The notes under the pieces were generated by a model, which did not search any database, was not told the DNA's origin, and saw only the letters and a list, made by a program, of their open reading frames with translations. A stretch of 61,624 nt of DNA from positions 62,993,085-63,054,708 of the forward strand of contig NC_068987.1 in the NCBI RefSeq assembly GCF_001194135.2. The letters are read 5' to 3'. The stretch comes from Octopus bimaculoides (lineage: Eukaryota). How positions within the stretch are numbered: the stretch's first letter is position 1; the number at the start of each line of letters is the position of its first letter. The translations under genes and the position numbers were made by a program. Shown one piece after another: positions 37,701-50,190 of the stretch.

Positions 37701-39512
37701 CCAATGAAGGAGTTGAAAATGGAAATAATGATAGTTTGTACTATAAATTTATTTATTGGAGATGGGAGAGAAAGAAATCGTTTATCCATTTGTATTAATT
37801 TCAATCAAGTTTGGAAAAATTTCTTCTTTTTTTTTCAAACTTTGATTTAAATTAATAATTTCTAAAGTTTGACAGAAAACCATTAAAAAAATGTTGGAAA
37901 GGTGATGGAGAGGAATCAAACTTGCTATTTAAACTAGGATTGGTAGTGGTTGTGATAGTGTTTCTTGTAAACTGGGCTTTCTCCAAAGGTGAGAAAGTGT
38001 AAAAATTAACTCCAGCAGAAAATAAAAGTAAAGGGAGATAACTACATACAGCAAGACATTTAGCCCAGCACTTCAAAATATTTCAGTGATTCTGCCGACC
38101 TATATTAACATAATAGATAAATTGTCATAATTACATTATTTATTTACTTTTCTTTGGTATTTAGTCATGAGAAAGGGCAGATCACATTACTCTTTGTAGG
38201 ACTTCTGAAACGTGGAGGGTGGGAGTCATCATCACACTAGAGACCTGGCCAGCAGGTCTACTAAAAGCTTTCTATGAGCCAGTTGCTGTTGTCAACTATT
38301 TCCTGTCCAAAGCATTTTCCTAAGTTTGTCCTAAACGTCCATGTTTGTTTTCAAATTTTTAATTAGCTTTGCTTCACACGTTCTGAAGTAAAAGTATAAA
38401 GCTTTCCTTTTTGTAAGTCCCCAGACTTTGTTGGTTGAAAAAGTATCTGGAATGATCATATATGATGCTTGGATGCCAAGGAAATATGTTTTGTGCATTA
38501 CATGTGATACACAAGAACAGGCAAAGGGTTTAAACTAGAGAATGGATCAAGTCTTTCACTCTTAGAACAAGAACAGTCCAACAGACCTCTACACAGTTTT
38601 GCTGTTTCATTACAAAGCTTGGGTCAATCTGAAATCTTGATAAAAGACACTGGTAACATATAGTACATACTATTCTATAGTTCTACATTAAGTATACATC
38701 ACAACAGTAGTGTACTTACTACATATTATCCTGATAATGTATTTTCGTCCTGGGTAGAACAGAAAACTGCTTCTGGTTGCAAAGCTACAGCTTGGGAGTT
38801 CAAGAGTTTTAAGTATGGCATTACCCGTTAGTCACTTCAGATCAGCTCTGATTGTGAACGATTATGATCAAAAGCAAGCAGTAACTATTCTACCTTTAAC
38901 AGTTTATCTAACAATACATTAAATGCAGGTATTATTTTTTTTAAAGTTGGTTGCTTGTAATTTTAGGAAAGTTTGGCTGGTGTTTCTATCAGGTCAAGTG
39001 ACAAAATAGAAGGTCTCTTGTCAACTGGAGACATGTATTGGTTCATATTCCATCACACAGTGGTAATGGACTAAAGATGATCAATATACATATATCTGAC
39101 ACAGAGAGGGAGAGAGAGAAAAGAAATGGAAGGAAGGTGTAATAGTTGCATTGGGTTGCTGATTTTGATGTATTGATATATATANNNNNNNNNNNNNNNN
39201 NNNNNNNNNNNNNNNNNNNNNNNNNNNNNNNNNNNNNNNNNNNNNNNNNNNNNNNNNNNNNNNNNNNNNNNNNNNNNNNNNNNNNNNNNNNNNNNNNNNN
39301 NNNNNNNNNNNNNNNNNNNNNNNNNNNNNNNNNNNNNNATATATATATATATATACATAACTCTCAAGTTTCATGCAACCACATAAAAACCATGAGATGA
39401 GAGATGTGTGAGCTGACAGCCATAAAAGGAGCGATAAAACTACACACAGAGAGGATGAGGCTAGGAACTGCACAGTGTAACTTGCAGTTACGAACATTCA
39501 GTATATTTTCTA

Positions 39513-39690
39513 ATGAGTGAAACAGAACATATTGTGATGAGAAGGACATCCGGAAAACATTTAAACTTGAACAACTTGAAAGAAGCTAATGCTTGGTTGA
39601 TACAGTTCGAAGCAAACACTGAATGTGATGATGTTGAAGATGTCAGAAAGAAGCCAACATTTCTTTCTACCTGTGGAGTTGAAGCCATAA
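39513..39690 (+). mobile_element. Gypsy gag N-terminal fragment (followed by RTE-like 3' debris)
   Basis: WLIQFEANTECDDVEDVRKKPTFLSTCGVEA resembles the Gypsy gag W..Y.EQFE...V.D.KK..FLS.CG motif. Confidence 0.5.
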
Positions 39691-39905
39691 TAAATAATAG
39701 AAGAAGGAAAAAGGAACAGCCTGAGTGTACCTGGCTCTAGGCATTCTAGGAAGACCTCAAATACATGAGGACCAGTTGGACAGGAATGGAGAGAACTGTG
39801 ACAAATTGACTACACTAGAAGAAACTTGCTTTCTTACGCATCTTACAGTGTAAGTAGCACTAAGTCAAAATATATGTGTTAGTAGGTGAATGTATTTATG
39901 CTTAC

Positions 39906-39953
39906 CAATGTAAACTGATGTGTCAGGTTACAGCTTTTATATAAAAACCATAA
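39906..39953 (-). other. Candidate 48-nt untranslated exon
   Basis: T-rich acceptor (tttttttag) and TTG|gtaagc donor; splice signals are the only support. Confidence 0.25.
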
Positions 39954-41053
39954 CTAAAAAAATTTCAAAATAGAAATCAATAAGATAAGTATTAGACTCA
40001 CAAAAATGCTGAGGTTGATATAATTTGCTAAAAACTTTGGAAGACAGTAGTACCCCAGCATGATCATAGTACAGTGACTAAAACCAATGAAACAGTAAAT
40101 TAATTGTTCACCTTAATATGACAATTGCTACAACAGAGAAAACAGTTAACCAATTCACAGGTAGAACAATAACTACAAAGAAGAATTTGTGTAGTCAGTC
40201 TATAACAAAGATATATATATATATATATAATCCTTTCTAGTCAAGACACATCTAGTATGTACAAGCCCCTTTGAATAATAGACTACGAACAGACCAAGAG
40301 AATCTTCACACAGCTGATTAAGCTGCTAAAAATAGCAGCCAAATCTCACTTAAATCTGGATTTACTACAAAAATAAACAACAAAAAGATGGAGGACACAT
40401 TGAATAATGTAACTCTAGATATACAATAGCTGCAAAACACGATATACACTCACACAGAATGGAAGGAATGCTTTTGATTTCAGATTTACTCGATCAGAGG
40501 TGACTCAGTTTCGACCAAACAACTAGGTTTTCTTTCATCCGAAGTTGCAGTAAAAATACCTTTGAGGCTGAGAACAATTTTTGTTGTTACTGTTTCACGC
40601 CAGATCAGCCCTGATTAAGCCCACCTACAACCAAAGGTATAACAACCATTACAATCCCATCTTTTCCCTTTCTTATTTTTTTTTTTTTTTTTTCCTTTTC
40701 AGATAAATATTAGTAGAACTACATATCCAAGATATCCTTTTTAAAAATGGCAGTGTTGTATTAGGTAGATTTAGCCCACTATTTCTATCAGTAATAGTAA
40801 TCATATAACCATACAGATGCCACCACATTGTCTAAAACAACACTTTCTGTGACTTTGTTTCACCTCACAGTGAGGCCCATTTTTCTTCCAATTGTATTCT
40901 TAATACATTTTGGTAAAATATGCATGCCACACTTCCAAGTTTTCTCTTTTTCAAACTTTGTAAGGGTTCATGCATACACATTCACTTATGGTCATTAGCT
41001 TGGGGAGAGAATGATAGGTGATATCACACTAACTGAAAATTGTCAAGGGGGAG

Positions 41054-41087
<34 letters not shown>

Positions 41088-41324
41088 TACTATCACCATC
41101 ATTTAACAGCCACTTTCCTCTGCTTGCATGGGTCAGATGGAGTTTATTTGAGGCAGATTTTCTATGGCCAGATGCCCTTCTGATTGCCAGCTCTTAGCAG
41201 TTTCCAAGTAGGGTAATATGATTTCTCCATGGTCGAGCATATTCTAACAGAATATTGGAAATGAATGACACTGCTTGTATGACAGTGACAACCATTTTAC
41301 AGCTATCACATGATGTCAAGACAA

Positions 41325-41970
41325 GGAGACACTCACACACATACATACAATGGGCTTCTTTCAGCTGCCATCTACCAAATNNNNNNNNNNNNNNNNNNNN
41401 NNNNNNNNNNNNNNNNNNNNNNNNNNNNNNNNNNNNNNNNNNNNNNNNNNNNNNNNNNNNNNNNNNNNNNNGACACTCACACACATACATACAATGGGCT
41501 TCTTTCAGCTGCCATCTACCAAATCCACAAGGCTTTCATCAAGCTCAGAGTCATAGTAGAAGATACTTGCCCAAGGTGTCACACAGTGAGATTGAACCCA
41601 AGACCACATAGTTGAGAAGCAAGGCTCTAAACCATACACAACCACAACTGTGGCTATTAACTAAAAATAATTATGTGGCAAAAAAAACAAAAAAACAATC
41701 TTGGTCAATGACCAGTATTGATTATATGCCAAACAAATAACATCATTTGTATGATGGTAACGTTTGTTTACAATTAGTATGGGATGTCAAGTCAAGGAGA
41801 CACACACACACAATGGATTCTCTTCAGTTTCCTTCTACCAAATCCATTCACAAAGCATAATTTGACCTGGGGCTATAGTTGAAGGCACTTTTTCAAGGTA
41901 CCAGGCAGTAGGACTGAACTCAAAAACCACATGGTTCAAAGTGAGCCTCTTTAGCCACACAGCCATACCT
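41325..41970 (-). mobile_element. Family A SINE 5' halves (two copies)
   Basis: ttctttcag...ctaccaaatcc...ccaaggt...accacat motifs on the reverse strand. Confidence 0.7.
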
Positions 41971-43077
41971 CTGTCCAAATGAGTATGAAAAAAAAAACAA
42001 AATGAAGAGTAACATTCATGAGCCTTTCCAGAGCCTTCATGACCAGTGGGGGAGGGGAAAGGAAGAAGTCATTGTCAGATTGAAGACATGACACAAATGC
42101 TTACAATGGAGTGAACTTTACTAAAAGCACCCAAGGTGCTAGATTAAGTCTACTGACCAAATAGGAACAAACCTTCTGCTGGTCAGTTTCTGTCCACCAA
42201 ATTGCATTTACTGTCTTTAGTCAACTCAAAGCTATGTTAAAAGACACTTACCCAAGGTGCCAATCAGCATATCCACATGCTCTTGTTTAGACCTTAATTT
42301 GTCATGATCAAGCAGACAGGTCTATGATATAAAGTATTCCAGCCATGACCATAGAGTCGGACCAGGAAAAATCCTACTACTGGTACCATGCAACTCAGAA
42401 CTACCCGTTTTATGGTTGGATGGTTGGCAACTAAACCAGCTCCTCAACCTGGCTTGTCAGGTGAGGATGAGGGTGTTGTGGACATTCTGCAGGACTAGAA
42501 ACAAGACCAGCCAAAAGTGGTGTCTCATAAAAACATTGCAAATGATGCAACATCATAACCACAAAAACTCCAATGAAAGCCATTCTGTGCTCTTGAATTA
42601 GAGTAGACAACTGATGTGGCATGGAGATAGAAGCTGTGACTATCATGCAGGCATGGTTGTATGATTCAGAAGTTTGTTTTCTAGCCACATGTTTTCAGGT
42701 TTAATCCCACTGCATGGTGTCTCAAGCAAGTATGTTCTGCTATAGCCCAGGGTCGACCAAAGCCTCTGTCCCATGCAAGCGCGAAAAAGCAGATGTTAAA
42801 ACAACAATGATGATGATGTTTCTTGGACCACTTTATTTCATGTATTCTTCCTTTCTCTTCTTTTCATAGCAGGGTGTGGTTTGAGGCAGATTTAGCTGCA
42901 CTTCTAGCAGGCCAAACAAAGAGGCACCCTTGCTGGTTGATGATAGTGCTTCATGAACAAGACCAGTTTGTCACATCTCCATGAATTCTGGGTTACAGTT
43001 GATAGAAGACACAATATAGAATGCTTATAGTCTGCAAATGGTATTTAAATAGCAGTGATTCACTTCAGTAGGCACAT

Positions 43078-43111
43078 CACTACTACTACTACCACCACCA
43101 CCACCACCACC

Positions 43112-43160
<49 letters not shown>

Positions 43161-43175
43161 TTGCTACTGCTACTA
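43078..43175. repeat. Compound (ACT)n/(ACC)n microsatellite
   Basis: Directly visible. Many further (TA)n, (TG)n, (GA)n and (TAA)n runs occur, most N gaps being flanked by (TA)n. Confidence 0.95.
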
Positions 43176-44322
43176 TAGTTAACACCTCAGGAGTAATGTG
43201 ATCTCAGTCACTTAAACACCATGGAAACCAAGTGACAGGTCCTATGAGTCTTAGGACTCGAGACAATAATGTCCAGGGGTGGATGATGGTGATGATGATA
43301 GTAATGGTGATGGTGGTAAGTGGGTGGTATGTAAGCAACAAAAGATTTTTTGTCCGGGTAACAGAGAGAAGATGGAGATTGCCTGAATAATCTGTCCCTC
43401 ACTGTCTCTGCTGCCTGTCTCAATATTTCTGCCATTGTGTTTAGTTATGGATCTCCTCTATATTTGTCTTGTTATCTATCAATCTCCCTTTCTATTGTAG
43501 TATACAGTTCTCAACTGACTTTGCATTTTCTCTTCAACTATTATAGTATGCTGCTGTTGTTGCTGCTCCAATTCCACTGAGAAACCTCATTGAATAAATA
43601 TGAAATCAGGTGTTCGTGTAGTGATTAGCATCCAGTATTTTGCTTAAGGTACATTGTATCCAAGACTACATCCTCGATGGACACACACACACACATTCAC
43701 GCATGTATCCTTTCTTTTTTTAAATAATATGGTGATTTATGGGAGATTTAGCAGGCATTTCTAGCAGGTCAAGCAACCACATATGGTCCTCTCTCAATAC
43801 CCTACTCTGTAACAATACTCAATAGTATGTTAGTGTAGCTTGTGAAACCACAAGAACAGAAATAATAAAGAAGTATTTGAATATTACCAAAAATAACCGG
43901 TACTGTTTTATGCCTTAGAAGCTATGAAATGTAGTTCTGTGTGGGAGAAATAACATACAAAACATTTGTAAGTACTTATGTTGAACTCATAGACTGGAAT
44001 ATTTCTCCAGTTTGGCTTATATAGATATGAATGACTGAAAGACATTTTGAAAGGAGTGAAGACTGAGTGGATGAATGGAATAAAGGATTGAGTGAATGAA
44101 TGAATGAATGAGTAAAGAGTGGAATGAATGGATGGAATAATGACTAAGAGGATGAATGGGTAGAATAAAGAATGGAATGAAACAATGGAATAAAGATTGA
44201 ATAAATGAATAAAGACAGAATGGAATAAAATGTGGACAATAATGGAATAAAGGTAAGACACACTTAAGAAAAAAACAGAGAATTAAATGAGAAAGGGGGG
44301 ATGAAAAACAGAAAGATGGGGA

Positions 44323-44364
<42 letters not shown>

Positions 44365-44979
44365 CATGAATAAGAAAGTGCATACATAAAATGAATGATT
44401 AAAAAGCAAACTTGAATGAAGGGGAAAAAGCCAGATGAATAAAAGACAACAAATTTATGAAAGCTGGTCCTTAAAACTGTGATGTATGAAATTATTTATT
44501 CCTCAACCAACAAGGGAACTAATAAGGAAGACTTTTCATGGCACCCTCAGCCATCCATTACCACTTTTTATTTTGATACAGGTACACCACCAACTTTCCT
44601 GGCACTGATGGTTTGGAATCTCTTGTAATCCACTCTAATTTATGCACAGTAACTACAAATTTCCACAGCTGTCAGGTTAGTTTACTGGTACCTTGCACAG
44701 ACTAGTACTTTGCATGGTACAGTATTAATAAACTTGTATCATTTATACTAATGTATAGGTACCTGTATTCCATTTAATTATTTAATATCTTTACCTTTTA
44801 CATGTTTCAGTCAATAGGCTGCCACCATGTTGAATTTAGAGTTTGACTATCCCTGGTTTGGAAAGATCAGCAGTCTGGAATCGCTTTGGAACCAAAGGTT
44901 CCGAAAAGTCAATGTTGTACTTTTACTACTAAGCCCCACAGGAATTCAGTTGACCATACTTGCAAAATTTTTTTGTTAC

Positions 44980-45036
44980 CTCAGGGAGGCCTTATCATCT
45001 GTCTACGAAGGTCTTGTGTGGTAACTTAAATTCCCT
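44980..45036 (-). other. Candidate exon (REFKLPHKTFVDR* in frame 0, then untranslated)
   Basis: atattttttcag acceptor and GAG|gtaaca donor; 57 nt. Confidence 0.3.
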
Positions 45037-46124
45037 CTGAAAAAATATTAATCCATATTGCAACTTAAGAAAAAAAAATTCACTTGCTAGATAAACAGTC
45101 ACTATTTGGAACAGCAAAGTGAACTGTGCCATTCTAATGTTAAATGTCCTGGCCATTGACACATATAGAGCTGCTGTCACTGCTTAAAACAAGGTGGACT
45201 GTGCCAATTCAGTATTAAATGTTTTGGTAAGTAGCAGCATTTCATTCATGAGGGTCAATGTAATCAATTTACCCTCTCCTCCGAAATTGCTAGCCCTGTG
45301 CCCAAAATTTGAAACTAATATTAAATGCCATTTTCACTGACACAAACAGTGCTTCTGTCACTGCTCTAAACAAGGTGGACTATGCCATTTTCATGTTAAA
45401 TCTCCGACTACTGACGCAAACACAGATCAAGAACAAGCAGCTGGACACTCAGCTAACTGTCCACAATCCTATCAAATTTAGTTGAAGTCTCTTTTCATTC
45501 TAGGTTTCAAATCTCAGCAACAGCTGCTTTTCCTGTTTTCCCTTCCTTGCTATGTCAGTAAAATAATTAACCATAGCATGAGTTGATTCAAGTCACTATA
45601 TTCTCTCTCTCTCTCGTGCCAAACTCCTTCAAACCATTCCCTTCTATCTTAAAAATCAAAGGATGCATTGGAAAGATTACAATGTTTGCAAAAAAAAAGT
45701 AAATAAAAATCATGATAGCCAAAACTGAATCATCTTTGATTACAAGCTTGATGAAGGCCGATTCCTCAAAACTAAATGCCAAGGGTAACAAACTGCTAAC
45801 TTACAACAAAGATGAAATGGTCAAAGATAAAAGGGGCAGCCATACAATAGAAACCTAACCTACCAATGAAGGAGGCCTCAATTTTCCCCTATCTATCATT
45901 TTAATCCTTTGATATCAACCCACCCTTGTTTAGCTCTAATCATGCAAACTTTCTGTTTGTAAAATGGATCTAAATAAAAGTCTTTCATCAAAATTTCATG
46001 CTAATTTAAGTTTTAATTACTAGATGATAATGACTAAGCTATTTTACTAACTTCGTCATTATATTCAAAATGAATTGAAACAAAGGCAGTGTTATTCAAC
46101 AGAGACATGATAACAAAAGGATAA

Positions 46125-46500
46125 GTGTGTCTGTGTGGTTAAGAAATTTCTGGGTTCAGTTCCACAGCATGGGACCTTGGACAAGTCTTGTCTACTATAG
46201 CCCAGGGTCGACCAAAGCCTTGTGAGTGGATTAGGTAGATAGAAAGTGAAGGAAGCTCCTCGTATATAATTATTATACATGTGTGTGTGTGTGTGTGTGT
46301 GCCCACGCCCCCTCCCCAATACTGCTTGACAACCAGTGCTGGTTTGTTTATGTCCTGTTTGGCAAAGAGACTCATAGAATAAGTACCAGGTTTACAAATA
46401 AAAATAAAATAAAATAAAAAAAAGTACTGGGGTCGATTTATTTGAATAAAACCCTTCAAAGTAGTACATTCTAATATGACTGAAATAGCTAAAAGATAAA
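46125..46500 (+). mobile_element. SINE family A copy
   Basis: Matches the family A consensus. Confidence 0.85.
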
Positions 46501-47151
46501 AAATAGATAAATTAAAATCTTCCAAAATTTCATGCTGAATTAAGTTTCAAATACCAGATTAATAATGACTAACCTATTTCACTAAATTCTTCATTATATT
46601 CAAAACTAATTGAAACAAAAGCAGTAAATTCATTAGAGATATGACAACAAAAGGGTTAAACAGAAAACTTGATTCAATACACACATAAATATAAACAATG
46701 CAGGAGATCTATATATTGTAATATAAACATGACTCAAAGCATGTGATATCTTTATATACATGACTCAAAACACATGATTTATTTATAAACATGACTCAGC
46801 AACACACACACGTTATCTTTACAAGTTATGAAGGCATATGGCCAAATGGTTAGTGTGTTTGCACTCACAATTGCAAGAACATGGGTTCAATTCCTAGAGC
46901 AGGCAGTGCATTGTGTTCTTAAGCAAAAACACTTCCTCTCATGGTGTTCTGTGATCACTTCAAAGTGTGGCACACCGTGCACCTACCTGTACAGGTAATG
47001 TCAATTTGATGAAGGGAGTGTGCTAATGTACAGCATAAACATTTGGCAATTATAAACAAAGCATTCGTGCAGGTTGTTCAGCAAGAAATTGCAGAACTGA
47101 CTTTTTGGGACTTGAGAGACAACCTCTATCCTTACAAATATGATTCAATGC

Positions 47152-47765
47152 ACGCGTGGCTGTGTAGTAAGTAGCTTACTTACCAACCACATGGTTCCGG
47201 GTTCAGTCCCACTGCATGGCACCTTGGGTAAGTGTCTTCTACTATAGCCTCGGGCCGACCAAAGCCTTGTGAGTGGATTTGGTAGATGGAAACTGAAAAG
47301 AAGCTTGTTGTATGTATGTGTGTGTGTGTGTGTGTGTGTGTCCCGTCTGACAACCGATGCTGGTGTGTTTACGTCCCCGTAACTTAGCGGTTCGGCAAAA
47401 AGAGACCAATAGAATAAGTACTAGGCTTTCAAAGAATAAGTCCTGGGGTCGATTTGCTCGACTAACGGCGGTGCTCCAGCATGGCCACAGTCAAAAGACT
47501 GAAACAAGTAAAAGAGTGTCTCAATACATTCTTTTACTTCTTTCAATCATTTGACTGCGGCCATGCTGGAGCACCGCCTTGAAGGGTTTTAGTCAGATAA
47601 ATTGACCCCAGTACTTATTCTAACGGTTCAGCAAAAGAGACCGATAGAATAAGTGCTAGGCTTACAAAGAATAAGTCCTCAGGTCAATTTCTTTGACTAA
47701 CACCCTTTAAGGTAGTGCTCCAGTATGGCAGCAGTCAAATGACAGAAACAAGTAAAAGAATGAAA
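47152..47765 (+). mobile_element. SINE family A full copy plus two tail fragments (one inverted)
   Basis: 47152-47520 full (+); 47527-47625 tail (-); 47625-47765 tail (+). Confidence 0.88.
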
Positions 47766-48170
47766 TAATTTGCTAAATTTTAGAATGACGTTGTTTTCTA
47801 CTCTAGGCACAAGGCCTGAAATATTGGAGGAGGGGGCCAGTAAATTAGATCGATTCCACCGGTCTGAACATGAATAGGTAGGGTATATGGGCCAGATACA
47901 GTTGGTTTAAATGCTAGAGTTAATAATCTTTTCATATATTATTCTATTTTTATTACAATTTTAGCTACTTTTATCTAATCAGTAAAATCTATTTCTCCAC
48001 CCACATATGGTATTTATTTTATACCGACATCAGCAGTTTTACAATGTTGTTTCTTCAATAAAGGAGCTACACATTATATTGTTACCTCTTTACAAAAGGC
48101 CAGCTGACAAACTAACACACCCCAGCATCTGGAGCAAAGATATGCTGAGTCCTCACTCTTTCTCTCTGTA

Positions 48171-48477
48171 GGGTGAGTGGGTGGGTTGCTAAGCAAAGCT
48201 GTTAGTGCATGCATTGCAGAGTAGGGGACCCAATATGGATGATGAAAAAGCAGAGAGACAAGTGAGTCAGGTGGCTCTTAGATGAATGTGGCACAAGATG
48301 TGTGTCTCTGTTGCTACATTAATGGCTTTTGCCCTTTGGAACTCATTCTTCTTGTGCCACATTCATCTAAGAGCCACCTGACTCACTTGTCTCTCTGCTT
48401 TTTTATCATCCATATTGGGTCCTCCACTCTGTAATGCATGCACTAACAGCTTTGCTTAGCAACCCACCCACTCACCC
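48171..48477. repeat. Long inverted repeat: 128-bp arms, 51-nt loop
   Basis: 48171-48298 versus reverse complement of 48350-48477: 124/128 identical; all 4 differences are A/G transitions. Confidence 0.97.
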
Positions 48478-48646
48478 AATTTGGAAATTCTGGAATGTCC
48501 CTTCTGCTCATATTTTTCATGTGGCCTTTCATTTGAAGTTGTTCAAGAACATCAAACATGTCAATTTCATCAGTTTCAGAAAACCTGCAGAAGCCATGGG
48601 CACAGTTCCCTTCCACCAGACTAAATCGATCATCTGGAATGTGTAT
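48476..48646 (-). CDS. Candidate internal coding exon of an unidentified small protein upstream of SAP30
   Basis: cttttgaataacag|171 nt fully open (IHIPDDRFSLVEGNCAHGFCRFSETDEIDMFDVLEQLQMKGHMKNMSRRDIPEFPNW)|GTGAGT; phase 0-0. No family recognised. Confidence 0.45.
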
Positions 48647-48796
48647 CTGTTATTCAAAAGACCAGCCATATCATTATACAGTGTCAGACTGATTCTGTCT
48701 GAAGATTATGTTACAGGTGCCCACTTGCACTATGTTATAATAAATCCATTGATAAATAAATGGAATACTTAAGGTCAAAAAAACAGAGGACACATT

Positions 48797-48850
<54 letters not shown>

Positions 48851-49295
48851 TAACCATCTTTCATACCTACATCTAGCTCTTTAGCATTTAAACCAGCCAA
48901 TGTCCTTCTAAAATTAAACAAGATAATGCATGATAATTCAAAACAATCATCATCATCATCGTCGTTTAACATCCGCTTTCCATGCTGGACGATTTAACTG
49001 AGGACTGGTGAACTGGATGGCTGCACCAGGCTCCAATCTGATCTGGCAGAGTTTCTACAGCTGGATGCCCTTCCTAATGCCAACCACTCCGAGAGTGTAG
49101 TGGGTGCTTTTACGTGCCACCTGCACAGGAGCTAGTCCAGCGGCACTGGCAACGATCTCGCTCAAATGTTTTCTAATGTGCCACTGGCACAAGTACCAGT
49201 AAGGCGACGTTAGTAACGATCAGTCTCAAATGGTGCTATTTCAATAAATAAGCATTGTATTTGAATGAGTAATCCGAGTGCTAAAGGGCTAGTGT

Positions 49296-49616
49296 AGGCG
49301 CATGGCTTAGTGGTTAGGGTATTCAGCTCACAATCGTAAGGTCATGAGTTCGATTCCTGGCAGGGCATTGTGTCCTTGAACCAAACACTATTTCATGTTG
49401 CTCCAATCCACTCAGCTGGCAAAAATGAGTTGTACCTGTAATTCAAAGAAGCCAGCCTTGTTACATTCAATGTCATGCTGAATATTCGTGAGAATTATAT
49501 TAAAGATACGCATGTCTGTGGAATACTCAGCCACTTGCATGTTAATTTCACAAGCAAGCTGTTGTGTTGATCGGAACAACTGGAACACTTGTCGTTGTAA
49601 CCGACGGAATGCCAGT
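49296..49616 (+). mobile_element. SINE family D, near full length (tRNA head with A and B boxes)
   Basis: A-box TGGCTTAGTGG, B-box GAGTTCGATTCC. Related copies at 33950-34262(-), 34886-35020(+), 35450-35725(+), 57262-57455(-). Head-sharing variants at 16480-16720, 19212-19470, 22860-23140(-), 46835-47095. Confidence 0.88.
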
Positions 49617-49744
49617 TTTATTCAGACATCTGTATACCAAAACACTGAATCTGTGCAGGCATGATTTTCTAAGACACTTTCTGCATGAATGTAGGTACAG
49701 AAATTTTCAATAAACATATTTATGCATATTGTTATTGTAGCTTA

Positions 49745-49950
49745 GCTTCCCGCAGCCCAGATCAGCACCAATGCAGCAGATATACAACCAAAAGCGTTCC
49801 AGTCATGAACCTCCAGACTGAAGGTTTTTAAAAAAACATTTTTTTGTATTTTTATATTTCCAATTCTTTCTTTAAATTGGCAGAGAATGATAGAGTAATT
49901 TAGCTGTTATTTCTAACCGGTTAATGGACCGTAGAGAGGCAGAGCTCCTC
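49745..49950 (+). repeat. Unclassified interspersed repeat (core gatttggctgctatttctagcag)
   Basis: Related segments at ~770-880(-), 1570-1750, 15440-15600, 25135-25260(-), 40290-40440(-), 40600-40790, 42870-42940, 43660-43790. Confidence 0.6.
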
Positions 49951-50045
49951 AATGTACTCGTGTGTATGTGTTAACGTTTAATACTGTAACCATGAAATAG
50001 AGAGAGAAAACATTGTATAGTACACGAAGAGAGAAATCTTACACT

Positions 50046-50190
50046 CAGTGCTATCTGAAGGCATAAGCACACTGGGCAGCTGCCCAGGGATCCCATGGGT
50101 CTAGGGGTCCAATTCGAATCTATGTACAATTTGCTATAGGGCCCAGTACATTTGCCCGGGGTGGGCTACAACGCTGCTAAGATGGCCCTG
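50046..50190. mobile_element. hAT (Tip100-like) MITE with 8-bp TSD
   Basis: Ends CAGTGCTATCT...AGATGGCCCTG; flanks CTTACACT / CTAACACT (7/8 match). Confidence 0.75.

Noticed and set aside
41325-41520. Identical ~50-nt block on both sides of an N gap
   Set aside because: Typical overlapping contig ends left unmerged; probably a false duplication.
48434-48772. 112-aa plus-strand ORF
   Set aside because: It is the exact mirror-register antisense frame of the minus-strand candidate exon, with no splice or homology support of its own.
49296-49370. tRNA-like sequences with A and B boxes (also at 19212, 34886, 35450, 46835)
   Set aside because: They continue into SINE bodies and lack a complete cloverleaf; these are SINE heads, not tRNA genes.
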